From the NCBI GenBank assembly GCA_965287045.1, contig OZ336891.1, positions 21,018,001-21,082,000 on the forward strand: a stretch of 64,000 nt of DNA, written 5' to 3'. The notes beneath the pieces were generated by a model. That model was not told where the DNA came from, did not search any database, and saw only the letters and a list, made by a program, of their open reading frames with translations. Each line of letters opens with the position of its first letter. Position 1 is the stretch's first letter. Shown here in pieces: positions 1 through 13,450 of this stretch. The position numbers were made by a program, and so were the translations under genes. This DNA comes from Carcharhinus amblyrhynchos. Its lineage: Eukaryota.

Positions 1-138
1 GACAGTTACATGGGTAGGATGGGTGTAGAGGGATATGGACCTAGGGATATGGCAGGCAATTGGGATTAGCTTAGTGATTTAAAAAAAACAAGTTGCATTA
101 AAAGGTCCTGGTTCCATGTTCTAACCCTCTATGACTCT
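1..138 (+). mobile_element. CR1-type LINE 3' end fragment
   Basis: ...gtagagggatatggacc...gggattagcttag...ctctatgactcta tail typical of shark CR1 3' UTR. Confidence 0.6.
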
Positions 139-140
139 AA

Positions 141-292
141 CGCACCTAACCAGCACATCTTTCATACTATGGGAGGAAACCAACGCAGACACAGGGAGAA
201 TGTGATGACCTCACACAGACAGTAACCCAAGCCGGGAATTGAACTTGAACCTGGGTCCCTGGCACTGTGAGGCAATGTACCATTGTGCCGCC
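141..292 (-). mobile_element. HE1-like V-SINE, partial
   Basis: Reverse complement gives tRNA-like head (cacagtgccagggacccaggttcaa) and V-domain (gtttcctccca...aaagatgtgc). Confidence 0.75.
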
Positions 293-689
293 AAATCCAG
301 TTTTCATGTTCCTGATTGGGTATCAAGCCGTCCATGTTTAAAATCAACAGATCAAGCCTATCCATTCAACTACAAGCGCTCTGTGGCTAGTTACAGTAAG
401 CATTTGTTGTCAGCTGTCGTTCAGCAACCAAAAACTATCTTCAATTTAGTGAATATTGGATCAGCTGAATGTCTCTCAGCCTTGTAAATCTCCAAGATCA
501 CTGTACTCTTCCAATTCATATCTGCGTGCCAGGATTATCAGAGGACATAAACATAGCAACACATCACTTAAATAAAAGGCCCAGATTTGCCAACCATTTG
601 CAACAGATTGAAAAATTGTTCTTCTGTCTGCCAAAATGACTACACTTTTGAGATTTGATTTATCACCACGTAATAACAGTGAAAAGTAT

Positions 690-1015
690 TGTTTATTGCA
701 TGATATGCAAAGCATACTGTTCATAGAAAAGGAAATGAGAATGTGCAGAATGCAGTGTTACAGTCTTAGCTAGGGTGTAGAAAAAGATCAGCTTAATGCA
801 AGGTAAGTCCACTCAAAAGTCTGATGGTAGTAGGGAAGAAGCTGCTCGAGATGGTTGGTACGTTACCTCAGACTTCTGTATCTTTTTCCTGAAGGAAGGT
901 GGTGGAAGAGAGAATGTCCGGGGTGCGTGGGTCCTTAATTATGCTGGCTGCTTTGCAGAGGCAGTGGAAAAGTAGACAGAGTCAATGGATAGAAAGCTGG
1001 TTTTCGTGCTGGATA
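690..1015 (-). mobile_element. Rex1/Babar-type LINE 3' end
   Basis: Minus strand encodes degenerate AASIIKDP.HPGHSLFH.LPSGKRYRSLR.RTN.L..SFFP, the RT C-terminus of this clade. Confidence 0.7.
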
Positions 1016-1939
1016 TCTTCCAATCACTGACAATAACATTGCATGAGAGATTCCCTGGGCTTCTCTGCACTCACCTGAATATTGTCCAGGTTTACTGGAC
1101 ACAATCTGGTTCACTAGGAACACAAAATTCACTTAAAAGGTGGTCTGCAATGCAAAATTTTAATACCTGCCATTCTGCCTCAAATTTGGGCAAGGAAGAG
1201 GCAAAAGGAACAGGTCACAACTGTCATTGTTCTTCTAGCTCCACTGCTACATTTTTGTAAGTACATAAACATAACAAGGCAGGGGGAAAGAGAAACCACA
1301 ATTTTCACCAAATTAAACTCAAAATGACAAAAAAAATGCTCTAAATGCAAAACCTTGTTTGAGAAAGGTTAGAGAATAGATTTACAGTAAAAATTGGAAG
1401 TAGCTAGTTCAGCGTCCCTTTTGGCAGAAATTGAACAGCATTCAATCTAGATTAGAGTAGGACCAGGACTGCAAAAAAAAAGAAAATTGAATTTGCAGTT
1501 CCATCAGATAGATGGAGCTTCCAGTGAATAGCATTTATACCATATAGAAGAATAGAAAATGCATGATGGGATATGGCTTTAGGCAAGTAAAAAGATAAAA
1601 AGTTTGTTTCTGAAATAAATACTTTAGGAACCATAAACTACCGCTATTCACACAATCCCAAACTATTGATAGTTACTGACCTAAAATTTCTACCTAATTA
1701 CCCGAGGATCAGCTTCAATGCTTTATAAAAGATAATTGATTACACAAGGCTCTGACTGAGTTAATGTCGACAACAACTTGTCCCATGCTAACACTCCATC
1801 AAATAATATGTCAAGGGATGTATTCTCATTCAGGTTTAAAAACAAAAAAAAAATGCTAGGAACAACAGGTCTGGCAGCATCAGTAGAGAGAGACAGCGAG
1901 AGATAAGCGTTAACTTTTAAAGTCATGACCTTTCAAGAG

Positions 1940-2155
1940 GTACAACATGGGACAATAGAGGCTTCAAATTAAAGGATGCAGAAATGGATGCTTTGGTGGA
2001 GGTGAAAGAAAGGATTCAGTGAATCAGCACGGAGCCAGGAGTGTCTCTGGACAAATGTTCAGAATGTAGTGGGAGGTCAATGCCAGCAAACAAGCTAAGT
2101 ACCTGGATGCAGTGCCGCAAGAAATTCAATGACCACACGTAAGTGGTCAAGGTTA
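1940..2155 (+). mobile_element. Decayed Myb/SANT-like ORF of a PIF/Harbinger DNA transposon
   Basis: Fragments DAEMDALVEV..., WEVNAS, TWMQCRKKFND with stops and frameshifts. Confidence 0.6.
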
Positions 2156-3253
2156 GTGAATGGAATTAAAATTGAATCCCATTCAAAGGGTCTTCAAAGA
2201 CACAGGACAATTTCTTCTGTGCTGTACTATTTTATGACATCTAAACTGAAAATTGGAAATACTGATGTCAAGTGGTATTGGCAGGGTTAATGTTTTGGGC
2301 ATTTTGCCCCTTTTTCAGAATGATTCTTTGATCTGACAACCATAGCAGATGCCCATCCCAGCACCACAAATATTACTCCATTCCCTCATGCACTTTTTAA
2401 AACACCCATCTGAAATTGATCAGACCCACTGTCTAAGAGGTTGGGAACTACAGGTAAGAACTATGGGAGTCACAAGCCGGTTGAAATGAGGCGGCTAATG
2501 ACAATCACTTAGTCAGCCATCAACCTCACAGACACTGCTGTCCAAGTTGCCCCACTCATCCAGAAACCCTGCTCTGTGGATAATTTACTGAAAGATCCAG
2601 GAATAAAATACACAGAGTTGGGGTATTTGCATGAAAGTTCCACATACGAAACATGACATATTAAAGCCCATCCACTAAAATGCAACAGAATTCTTAATAG
2701 TATGGTATGTTTCAATTATTCCCCAACTCTCTGGCAATGAAAATTAACAAGCACGGTGTCTCATTTTCAAGATTTTAATGTTGGTGATTTTTAAGAGTTG
2801 AAAAATGCATAATTTTAAAATATTTTTCCTTTTTTTGCAATCCCACCTTTAACTCCCTCCCTTTATTTACTTTGGACCAATTCAAGTATTCTAATTTGCA
2901 CTTCCTGATTTAGGCTTTGTATATCTTTAAATAAAGATTTTTTGATTTGCGATGAAGGAGAATCCCACCACCACCAACCCACATGTTAACATCTGAACAC
3001 TGGATAGCAGAGCATTTAAACAGGTGAACCCTGTATAAATTTCACAGCGCAAATGTGAGGCTTTTTTCATGTGCATGTTTGTACCAGTTGTCAAGCTCCC
3101 CCAACAATATGGCGTTCAGAAAATTTGAGACTGGCTGGGGAAAAAGCAGAGATTATTACCAAGGTGATATCTATTTCTAACTTTGCCAGATCTGCAAAAT
3201 ACAATGCATGCAGTGGAAAGCATGGCCCTGAACAAGCTATGCCTGAATATGAA

Positions 3254-3715
3254 CCGGAGTTGAGGGGGCTGAGCTATGAGAGGCTGAATAAACTAGGCTT
3301 GTACTCGTTAGAGTTTAGAAGAATGAGGGGAGATCTCATTGAGACATATAAGATGATGAATGGGATGGATAGGATAGAGGTGGAGAGACTCTTCCCGCTC
3401 AGAAAGGACAATAGGACTTGGGGGCACAGCCTCAAGATAAAGGGGGGGCGGTTTAGAACGGAGTTGAGGAGGAACTTCTTCAAAGGGTGGTGAATCTCAA
3501 ATTCTCTGCCCGTTGAGGTGGTGGAGGCTGCCTTGCTAAATATTTTTAAGACGCGGGTTGATGGGTTTTTGATAAACGAGGGGATTAAGGGTTATGGGGA
3601 GAGGGCGGGAACGTGGAACTGAGCCACGACAGATCAGCCATGATCTTACTGAATGGCAGGGCAGGCTCGAGGGGCTAGATGGCCTACTCCTGCTCCTATT
3701 TCTTATGTTCTTATG
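3254..3715 (+). mobile_element. Young 5'-truncated CR1 LINE (HER1-like)
   Basis: ORF2 C-terminus PELRGLSYERLNKLGLYSLEFRRMRGDLIETYK...RRNFF, 3' UTR and (ttcttatg)2 tail; near-identical to 26586-27052. Confidence 0.92.
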
Positions 3716-3794
3716 AAGGTTTATTTCACAGATCTTCCATCTCAATATAAACAAGCCCCATCAACAAAAACTAAATATTCTAGAATGAAAATTA

Positions 3795-4455
3795 CAGAAG
3801 ACTGAGTGACCACTTTGAGAGACACCTTCACTCGGTCCACAAGCACGACCCTAAACTTCCGGATGCTTGTTATTTCGACTCACCATCTTGCTCTCATGCG
3901 CATATGTCCATCCTTGGCCTGCTGCAATGTTCCAGTAAAGTCCAAATCAAATTGGAGGTACACCTTGTGTTCCAATTAGACATTACAGCATTCTGGACTC
4001 AGCTTGAATAACTTTAGAATGTGAACCTTCTCCTCCATCTTGACCTTTTTGCTTTAAAGTTCAATGCAACACCCCTCTTCCACAGGACCATTTGCCACCT
4101 GTTTTAAGTTTTTTTCTTTCACTGAATACTGACTATTATTCTGTTAAACGCATTCTGAAAGCTTACTTTCTTGCCAGTCTCAGTACTGTCTATAGTCCTT
4201 AACTGTCATTAGCATATCTAATGCCCTAAACTTGTTTGTGCACTCACACCCATCTACTAACCTTCTACTCTGTTTCATCCCCATAAAATCCATTGCATTT
4301 CGCCCTCTCTTTAGCTCCGAAGATTCATACAAACTCAAAACATTAACTGTTCCTCTATCATAAGAACATAAGTTCTATCCATAGAACTCACCAGACCTAA
4401 TTTTTTTCCAGGATTTTCTGCCTTTATTTCCAATTTCCAACATCCAAAGTATTTT
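3795..4455 (+). mobile_element. Penelope-like element: GIY-YIG endonuclease remnant plus terminal repeat
   Basis: Degenerate DHFERHLHSVHKHDPKLPDACYFDSPSCSHAHMSILGLLQCSS reading; ends with ...atttccaacatccaaagtattttgct terminal motif. Confidence 0.7.
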
Positions 4456-5339
4456 GCTATCATCATACCGTGCTGAGGTTGCATCACACGGCAGATGGTT
4501 CTTTCCTATAGCAGAGAAGTCTCATTCATTAATTCTTCAAGTTCAGGTGAGAATTACTCTGCAGGCACTCTGGGCAGCTGTGACCCCTCCTGCTGAAAGT
4601 TCTTCTCTCCCTTTCCTCTACTTCCCTCTTTCAGAAACCTGTTCCACCTCGTGTGCCTCTGTTCATTTTCCAAATTATACAGTATTCCAAGTGGAATTAC
4701 TACTAGCAAACAATTGTCTGAGAGCAATTGATCTATAAAAATAACAAAGACAGCAAAGACTCCTTTAGCGTGTGCAGAACTCCTGCCTCCAGGCTTTTGC
4801 AATTTTAAACTATAGAAAATTCTAAATGTTTGTGGAACTAAAGCAACAGCTATAATAAATCAACCAGCAACTAACTTGTATGTAATTGATGATTTCTTTA
4901 ACTAGTTTTAGTGGCAGCGTGGGGTCCTTCCTACTTCTGAATGCATGTTCAGTTGTACAAGGTCAAGAGCAGAGGTGTTATTAGGTGATGCATTGCTAAA
5001 TCAAGCAACAATTTTTTTAGCTGTGTTTACTTGTAGCAGCCATTCACTATATGCACGCACCAATGACCTCACCATTAAGGCATCTATGTGATTCAAACCA
5101 GCATGTGCGCATCACTTTGGGCCTCTGCAGTTACTCAAAACATTTTCAAAAAAAGGGCATAAACAATTCCAATTTCTCACCTGATATGTTTAGTTCTACG
5201 ATTCAGACAGCCCCTGGCAACTGAAGTGCAGTATTAGAACTCCACCTACTGCGTATATCTGTAAAAAATGTTTTGCTTATAAATCATATAACATTCCAAG
5301 CAGGAGAGTTGAATGCAATGGTGCTATACATCACAAAAT

Positions 5340-5940
5340 TTAACATGCAGCTACAGCAAGCAATTACAAAAGCAATGGAACCTTGGCCATTATTGAGAAG
5401 GGGGAATGGAAGTATAAAAGTCAGAAATCTTGCTACATCTGTATACAGCATTGGTGAGACCTCACATATAGAGATCAGAAAAAGTTCAGGAGGCTGATTC
5501 CTGGGAATAAGAGCATAGGATTAAGAGGAAAAGTAGAGCCTACACTCACTGGATTTTAGATGAATGAGAAACATAAGATTGAAGGGGCTTCACAGGGTAG
5601 ATGCTGAGAATGCTTCACCTTGTTGAGGAATGTAGAACTAGCAGACAAACTTTAAAAGGGTCTCGTATTTGAGAGGAAGAGGAATTTCTTCTGTCAGAGG
5701 GTTGTCTTTGGAATTCTCTCAGAGAATGTTAGAGGTTGGGTCAATTAATATATATGGCAGAGATTTTGATTTTTGATCCATAAAGAGTCAAGGGATATCA
5801 AGGATGGGGAAAAATGGAAAAAATCGGGGTGGGACAGGAATGTGGAATTCAGGCCACAGATAAGCTATCTTACTGAAAGGCAGAGAAGGCTTGATGGGCC
5901 AAATGGCTTACTCTTGTAGCTATTTCTTATGATCTTCTAG
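5340..5940 (+). mobile_element. Old CR1 LINE 3' portion
   Basis: Degenerate ORF2 end and tail gatgggccaaatggcttactc...atttcttatg. Confidence 0.75.
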
Positions 5941-8424
5941 TGAAGCACAAAACTATATCCAGAATGTTATATGATTTAACTGCAATGATGGGGCAATGGG
6001 ATGAAGGAAAATAGTTGATTTGATAAACAGCATAATGTTATACAGTAGCAAATTTGGGGTTTGCAGGTGCTACTTTTATTTGCAGTTGCTATGAAGAAAA
6101 ACCATCCCCATCCTTGACATGCTGAGAGCAACAGTTTCTAATGTGTGAATATGATTGGAGATTAGGATTTTACATGTTTAAGATCCTGGACTAGGACCCC
6201 AAGATATCAGGAGGGAGGGGATGGAAGAGGAGTCATCGATAAAGTTTTGAGATTCAAGAAACTTGCATTTGCTAACCACTGTGCCACCACGCTGCCTGCT
6301 TTAGTTAAGAACTCTAAATGGTGTGGCTTTTACTAAATAACCCCTCAAAAGGTTAGAAGACTCAACTCTGAGCTTCATCTGTTAATTTACTTCAGAAAAG
6401 GCTTCTAAATTTGCATTTAGATTTGTTATTTTTGAAATCATGACTAAACAATGAAAGATTTGAAAAACTGATACAGGTAAAAAGAAATGAAAATAATTGA
6501 AGGGGGAATTCAGTTTGAGACCATCTTGGACACCTGTTGTGGAATTTATTTTTTAAATAGCCATATGAGTGCGCATTTAAAAGCGAGTACAAGGAAAAGA
6601 TGGCTATCTGAAGATTAACTTTAAAAAGTACAAGGTGTCAAAAGCATTAACTTTGTTAATGCCATTTGACCCATTTCCGGTATTTTCTATTTTCAAATTG
6701 GATATAGAATAGTACAGCACAGATGCTGTGTGAAGACCCTTTGAAGATGGTCCCAATTTTAGTTCTGTTCTTGTTCATCATAGCCCTGTAAATTTCTCCT
6801 TTATAGTATAAATCAACTCCGCTTTTGAAGGTTACCAATAAAACTGCTTCACCATCATTTGAAAGTATCTCAGATCATCACACCACGTAAAGCTCCACCT
6901 CAAAATGGCTTTTTTGCCAATTAACTGAAATTTGAGCCATGTTCAAAATATATAGCAGCTTTCATGTGGATCTTTAGCTTCTGCCTTGTCTCAAATCTCC
7001 AAAAAGGGACAGACAGGTGAAGGCACAAGTGCCAGATTTTATGATGGTTGGCCAAGACAACCTGCATTTTCTTCAACTTTATTTCCTATAATCAATCATT
7101 TAAATGCTGTGCCACCAAAAGTGTGAAAGCATGACAACACAATATTTTATATTAGATATTTTGCATAATACATCTCAATTTAACATCATTACACTGTACA
7201 TGTGCAGTGACCAATTCTGCATGTACACAATGTTCTCCATTCAGAGAAAGATCAAGCATACAAGTGCAGCACAAATGTGGATGACTGATGCTCTGCTCTT
7301 AAAGAATTACAAATTAGATTTTATTACCTTAATATTTTAATGAAAATTACATACATCATAGTTAATTTGGCTTCAAAATGACTTAAGCTTTTGTTGGCTT
7401 TGGCTCAAAAGGAAGTTCCAGACATTATGAACAGCTGCTGCCTTGTTATCTCCAAAATGCATTAACGACCCCTCTAACTGCAAGATCAAAGCAAGGCAGT
7501 TGTAGAAAGGCCATTTGCATTTCTAAGGCAAGGCCAATAAGTTCACCAGTCTGCAAGGACAACAGTCCCAGAGATCTCTTGAAATAATTATCGTTGAAAC
7601 ATTACCCATCAAGAATCCAGACAAATATACATTCTTTGCTCAAATCCAAATGCAGAAGTTGTATTTATATCACATGACATTCTGTCAGTAGAATGTTAGC
7701 TTGACTTACTCGAACTACAAAGTACAGACTGCCTTCTTTCTACTCAAACTTCTGTACCAGCACCTACAAGACTAATTCATCTCTGTAGACCTATCCCATC
7801 ATGGAAAAAGGAATTATCCAGCATCAGTCTTCATCCTGCTGCGAAAGAACACATTATTGGACCTTTTTTGATACTGGACTTGCATAGAACAATAATTCTT
7901 ATTTTAACTGTGGTGTTTGCCTACAACCCATTCTTTATGCCTCTTTTACTGTATATACGTACCGGGACTACGTAATGATATCCCCCTCCCATGTTTGCAT
8001 GTGCACAAATCAACCCCATCTTGAATTCACTCTGAGGGGTCTTAATAGAAATTGGATCTCACTCAAACGATGTTGGGAAAAATACACAACCAAAGGCGGA
8101 ATTATAAATTTAAAAAACTTTTGTTTATGGACAGCTGCTGACAGGAAAAATCAAGGCTTTTAAAATTAAACACCTCTTGTCTGTAATAAAGTTCTAACAA
8201 AAACCAAGCTGCAGTAAGAACTCAACACGGTTTTAAAAAAAGATAAAAATATTCAAGACAAAACGAGGTTTTTGTGAAATTGATTCACAGGACTTGTTGC
8301 ATTTTACGCACATGGTTTTATGCTAATCTAGAAATTCAATTATACATGTCAGCTCAAAGTCAATTACTAATTTATATGGTAATCAGTTGCAAGCACCTTA
8401 TTGCATTTATTTCCTGTATTGCAG

Positions 8425-8441
8425 ATGCAGACAATGCCTAA
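8425..8441 (+). CDS. LHFPL5: Putative last coding segment (within 46-nt exon 8425-8470) of a convergent gene, probably LHFPL5; reads (D)ADNA* in phase 1
   Basis: Good acceptor ttgcatttatttcctgtattgcag|, donor ATG|gtaagt at 8471, TAA at 8439-8441. Identity inferred only from the human LHFPL5-SRPK1 tail-to-tail arrangement and the short stop-bearing penultimate exon of LHFPL5; the peptide is too short to confirm. Confidence 0.5.
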
Positions 8442-8897
8442 AGAAGATATCAACACTTGTATCAATTATGGTAAGTGTAATGACTCAGGAAGCCTGACTG
8501 GAAAAGAACACTTCTTAAAAATAAAAACTTTGTAGAATGCAAAATTAAACCACAACCGTGTACTCATACTAGTCCCCGCCTTGGGCTACATTTCAGCAGG
8601 CCCAGTTCTGCGCCTGCCCTATGGAAAGCTCACCTAATGAGATCCAGCTGGGTAGGCTGCTGTCTGTTACCAGGGAAACTCATACCCAATGAACCCCACA
8701 GGGAGGTCAATCACTGATTCCCCATTGACCCCATGGTCAAATTATCTATAAAGCCCACAAAAGTTTTAGTCATCATAGAAAATGGCAAAGTTTGAAACAT
8801 GATTAAATATTTATAGCTCCTATAAAATCAAACAATATATTCTAGATGCCAAATTTAAACTAATTGTAACACGTGAAGCTATTTGTTTCTCATTCAG

Positions 8898-11060
8898 ATC
8901 ATCCCAGTCTTCCAGACAGTTTAGTGGCAAACAGGCATTGCACTATTTTGAATCATGACCTGTAGCAAAATATTTTTCAGAACTGTCTTTTTATTTCCAG
9001 AGCTGTTCAGCGTGCTCATGACATTGTGTCAAAGAAGCTTCAGTATTCTCCCTAGCAGGAGAATTACATTGCAGATTCCCGAAAGGAACAATTAATACAA
9101 CAGTTCGTATCCCTGGAACTGCATTCAAGTTGTAATAGTCGAAATTAAGAAATGTGATTTACTTTGATTCATTCCATTGGAGGCAATGCTATATGGATGT
9201 AAATCAGAGGATTAATGCATTACAAGGTTTTAATTCCTGCCACTGTGTCTATACAAACAAACCTCATTAGAAAGAGCACTAGCATTGTTATCTTAGGTCC
9301 AAACACAGTGAAGTATAATGGTTCTGTACTGTGTGTATACTGTATTGAATGTATGTACCTTAAACATGGAGTAATAGCAACTACTTTTGTCAATGATGTC
9401 TTAATTCTTGTGATAAAAACCTAGTTAAGATCTGAATGTTTCAACGTAAATGCAATGTTTTAATTAGATGTGAAGAATTGATGTATTGTCACAAGTGAAA
9501 AGATCTCACATTATACCATTTTTGAACAAAGATTGTAAAGCTAATTTAATAGGAAGGGATTGATTCTTTCTAATCCATTGTGAGTGGCAAATTTAGTTTT
9601 AATAAAACAAATTATGCATATCTCCTTGCCCAACATCTCTCAAAGACAAAATCTTAGCAATGACACTTGTCCAGTTCAAATGCAGTTTTGAAGCAGCAAG
9701 TCAAATTATATTATCGAAAGGATGCCAACTTGAAATCTAATGTCTGCTGGTATTATGACTAACTCTTAAAGGCAAATTTTAACATACAAGCATATTTAAA
9801 ATATTTCCTATTTAGATAGTGGCTATGGAAAAACTTTTAGAAATCCAAAAAACATGATGCAATAAGGTAAATATTAGTACCTTTGCCACAGAGTGTTACA
9901 GAAATTGTGCTGGGTATGGAAATGGACAGCTATAGTTTCACAGAGCTAGGCCTACTACAAAAACTGTGTTTTATACATTGACACATTATGTTTCATGGCA
10001 AGTCGCCATAAGCCCAAACAACATCAAACAGTGTATTCAGATAATTTCCCAGTAGCAGTCAAGTGCCCATTGTTGAATAACATCCCACCAGCAAAACAAA
10101 ATAAATGAGTTAAAGTTTGTAGACTGTTGTATAGAATAACAATTATGTTGCCTCGTAATGCCTTAGAATGAAGAAAATGAATAAACCAAGAGCACTGCTT
10201 TCAAATTTTACATTATGGTCACCTCATGACAATTCCAGACTGTTATACTGAATATTTTAAATTAGAGATTTGTTTGCACTTTAGTGATTAGAGTATCACC
10301 ACAAAATAATAGACACAAGTTGAGAAGTTGATGCATATACATTTATTTTCCTTAAGACAAATGTTTTTTTTAAAAGAGAAAGTTCCCTATTCACAATAGA
10401 GCAGAACAACATGCCAGAAACCTAAACCAAAATTTGGCTCAGTAACTGCACTGTTCTAGTATTTTCTACTGGAACATGCAGTGATTTACAGCACACACTA
10501 TGGATTCCTAAATGCTTTGGAATTTCACCCTTTCCACAAGAGGCTAGAGACTAACCCACCATTAGAAAGATGCAACTCCAAAAAAACAAAAGTAACTCTT
10601 ATTGTCTACCTAAGATAGCCTGCTACCAATCACCATCTTGTCATGCTTCGGACACATTCAGAATTTTGTTGCAAAATATTAAAAAATGACAAGAAAATCA
10701 AACCTTTTCTGTAAGTTTTTATTCAGTAATTTTTTAAAACTTTTTTTAAGGAGACATTTGTAACTAAAACGCAATTATAAAAAGCAGTGGTATAGACAAT
10801 AAATGAATGTTAAAAAACAACAGCCTTGAGGAGCCTGTCAGAAAATGTATGTTATGGCTTCTTTTTTAAAAATCTATCTTGAAATCCTTGTTCCAAAATG
10901 GAAAATGTTAAATCATCTTGGTAGTAACACAAACACTGCATCATGCCTTAGCTGTGAAAATTTAACATGAGATTCAGACAAGGAAACTGTCCTGTAACTT
11001 ACTGAAAGATATAAAAAAATGTAAAGCTTTAGAAATAAAGTGTACAAGACTTGCAACAAT
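8898..11060 (+). other. Putative terminal 3' UTR exon of the convergent gene (LHFPL5-like)
   Basis: Acceptor tatttgtttctcattcag|8898 with CTAAT branch-like motif at 8860-8864; about 2.8 kb with no recognisable TE; AATAAA at 9601, 10100, 10180, 10798, 11034. Confidence 0.4.
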
Positions 11061-11799
11061 GTGAAATAATGTTGGTAATATATATTTGCTATGCTTTACA
11101 TTTGCACCACCTTAAAATCTTTACTTAAATACAAGTGGATTTAATATCAATTTGGATTCAGTCATTATGCAGCCCGAGGTGTGTTTGTACAGAATGAAAA
11201 TGTATGTAGGGAGGAGAAATAGCTCAGAGGGGACAAGGAGAGAGTGCATATCTACAGTAAAGTATAGAGCAATAGTCATACGCTATATGTAGTTTTATTT
11301 CAGAGATGAGCATTAACTTTACATACCTGTGGTTTAAAACATTAAAAATACTGAATTTGTTACATGAATTTAACGATAAATTATAGTAGAAAGGTTAAAG
11401 TTCCCAAAGTTCAGTTCTGCTCTGGATTCTACAGAAGGAAAGGTTATGTTGGTTATTTTCAGATCTAAAAATACAACAGGAAATATTCACAAGGGCAAAT
11501 CATTCGACTTATTCTGAAAGTAGAATAGCGATTTGTAATCATAGGAAATCACGCACGTTGAATAACACTAAACACAGAGCTGCTGGATCAAATTTTGTAC
11601 CTGACATCTTTTAACCACCTCTGAAATTATGGTATTACATAGAACAATGTTGGAGGACCAGCTCAGCATCATCATCCAGATTATGTGCAAACTATATGTT
11701 TAGCTGCGGTTTGCCAATTTTCTTGCGCACTTTTTGGGAGCAGCCTAAAGATCTAAAACAAATTTAGCTCAACAGCAGGAAGTGATGGGATAGGTACAC

Positions 11800-12113
11800 A
11801 GGTGGCAAGTGGTTAGCACTGCTGCCTCACACAGCCAGGAACCTGGCCTTGGTCACAGTGTGTGGAATTTGCACATTCTGCATGTCTGTGTGGGTTTCCT
11901 CCAGGTACTCCAGTTTCCTCCCAGTCCAAAGATGTGCAGGGGTTAGGTTGACTGGCCATGCAAAATTGACTCATGTTGAGAGGGGGGGGAAAAGAAAAGA
12001 GGGAAAAAAATTAGCAGGGTAAATATGTGGGGTTACTAGGATAGGGTAGATTTGTTGGCAGTGCAGGCTTGATGGGCCAAATGGCCTCCTCCTATACTGT
12101 AGGGATTCTATGA
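11800..12113 (+). mobile_element. HE1-like V-SINE, near full length
   Basis: gtggttagcactgctgcctcac head, V-domain, CR1-derived tail ending gggattctatga. Confidence 0.88.
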
Positions 12114-12799
12114 TCTTATTGCTGATGTGTTCAAGTGTACTCCTCTTACGCCAAGATATTTAAATAACACTCCTCTCAACTTCAATCTGCACTCAGAATA
12201 TAGATTTAAATCTTGCTCAACCCAGTACAATAGGTACACCAGTTGAAGTTTGGACTGGAGTCAGTAGGGAGAGCATCTATTTAAGTAATACTGGAAAAGC
12301 AATGTGGAGTGAATATGGTGGAAACTGAAGAGATGAGTATTTATGCTACACTGCTGCTGGGTCGGTGGTATTGTAGAAATTGCTCCTGGAAGAATCTAGC
12401 CATCTGAAAATCCCAGCAAGTATATAACCCAAGCATAAGAAAATTAACCTGTTAGCCACAAGGAGACAAATTCTTGGTCTTGTATGCAAATATTGGAAAG
12501 TTAATTTAATTAACGTTTAGAGCAATTTAGAAAGTATTAACAGAATTATGGCAACTACTCACCTGATATTTAAAAAGAAATTATTAAAATGATGGGTATG
12601 GGATAGTGAATACTATTCGTGGGGTTATGGTTAAAAACTTTTCATCCATCATCAATACTGGCTAATTATATTCCCAGTTGTTATAAAATACTATCAATTA
12701 AGTCAAATGGCTTCAAGTAATTATACAAAGTGCTTGAAACACTCAGACCTAGCAGAATCTGGAAGAAAAGGTTATCAAAAACATCGAAAAATTGCCATC

Positions 12800-13022
12800 A
12801 TTTTTTTGGAACAAGGGCACAGGATCTTTCAGTTTACCAGAACCACCAATATCAAAGCTTTGATCCACTGCTCAATAGTTTATACAAAGGATAGGCATCA
12901 CCAACATTGCAGCATTTCCTCAGTATGGCACTAAAAAGCATCAGCTGAGATTACGCGCTAAATCCTAAAATGGAGCTTGAGTTAACATCTGACTCAAGCA
13001 AGAGTACCGCTGAGTCAAGCTC
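12800..13022 (-). mobile_element. SacSINE1/Deu-SINE-like fragment
   Basis: Reverse complement has head gactcagcggtactcttg...gagtcaga and Deu-like gccatactgaggaaatgctgcaatgttgg. Confidence 0.55.
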
Positions 13023-13074
13023 GTGTCTTGGTCACAGAAATTGAAATTAATATCCATTGGGGTGACAGACTTTA

Positions 13075-13450
13075 AATCATTTCGTGGGATGTAGGCGTAA
13101 CCGGCAAGGTCACCATTTGTTACCCATCCTTAACTAACCTTGATCTAAGGCTTGCTCAGCCATTTAAGAGTCATCCACATTGCTGTGGATCTGCAGACAA
13201 ATCTCAATCCTACCAGGTTATGAACTGCAGACTTCCTTCCCCAAAATGGCATTACTAAACTAGATGGGTTTTTACAACAGTTGATGATACCTACATGGTC
13301 TCAATTACTGAAGCTGGTTTTAAATTCCAGATTTCTTCATTATTAACTGAATTTAAATGTCACCAATTGTGATGGTGGGATTTTACCCCATCTCCAGAAC
13401 ATTAGCTTGCTCTCAATCACTTGTCCAGTGACATTATCACCATGCTACTG
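13075..13450 (-). mobile_element. tRNA-headed SINE (second family) with LINE-derived tail
   Basis: Head aatgtcactggac...aatcccaccatc, body gtaaaaacccatctagtt...ggaaggaagtctgc, tail ggatgggtaacaaatg...cgcctacatcccacgaa; second partial copy at about 21665-21915 (+). Confidence 0.7.

Noticed and set aside
11800-11860. tRNA-like A/B-box sequences here and at other SINE heads
   Set aside because: SINE heads continuing into V-domains; no complete cloverleaf.
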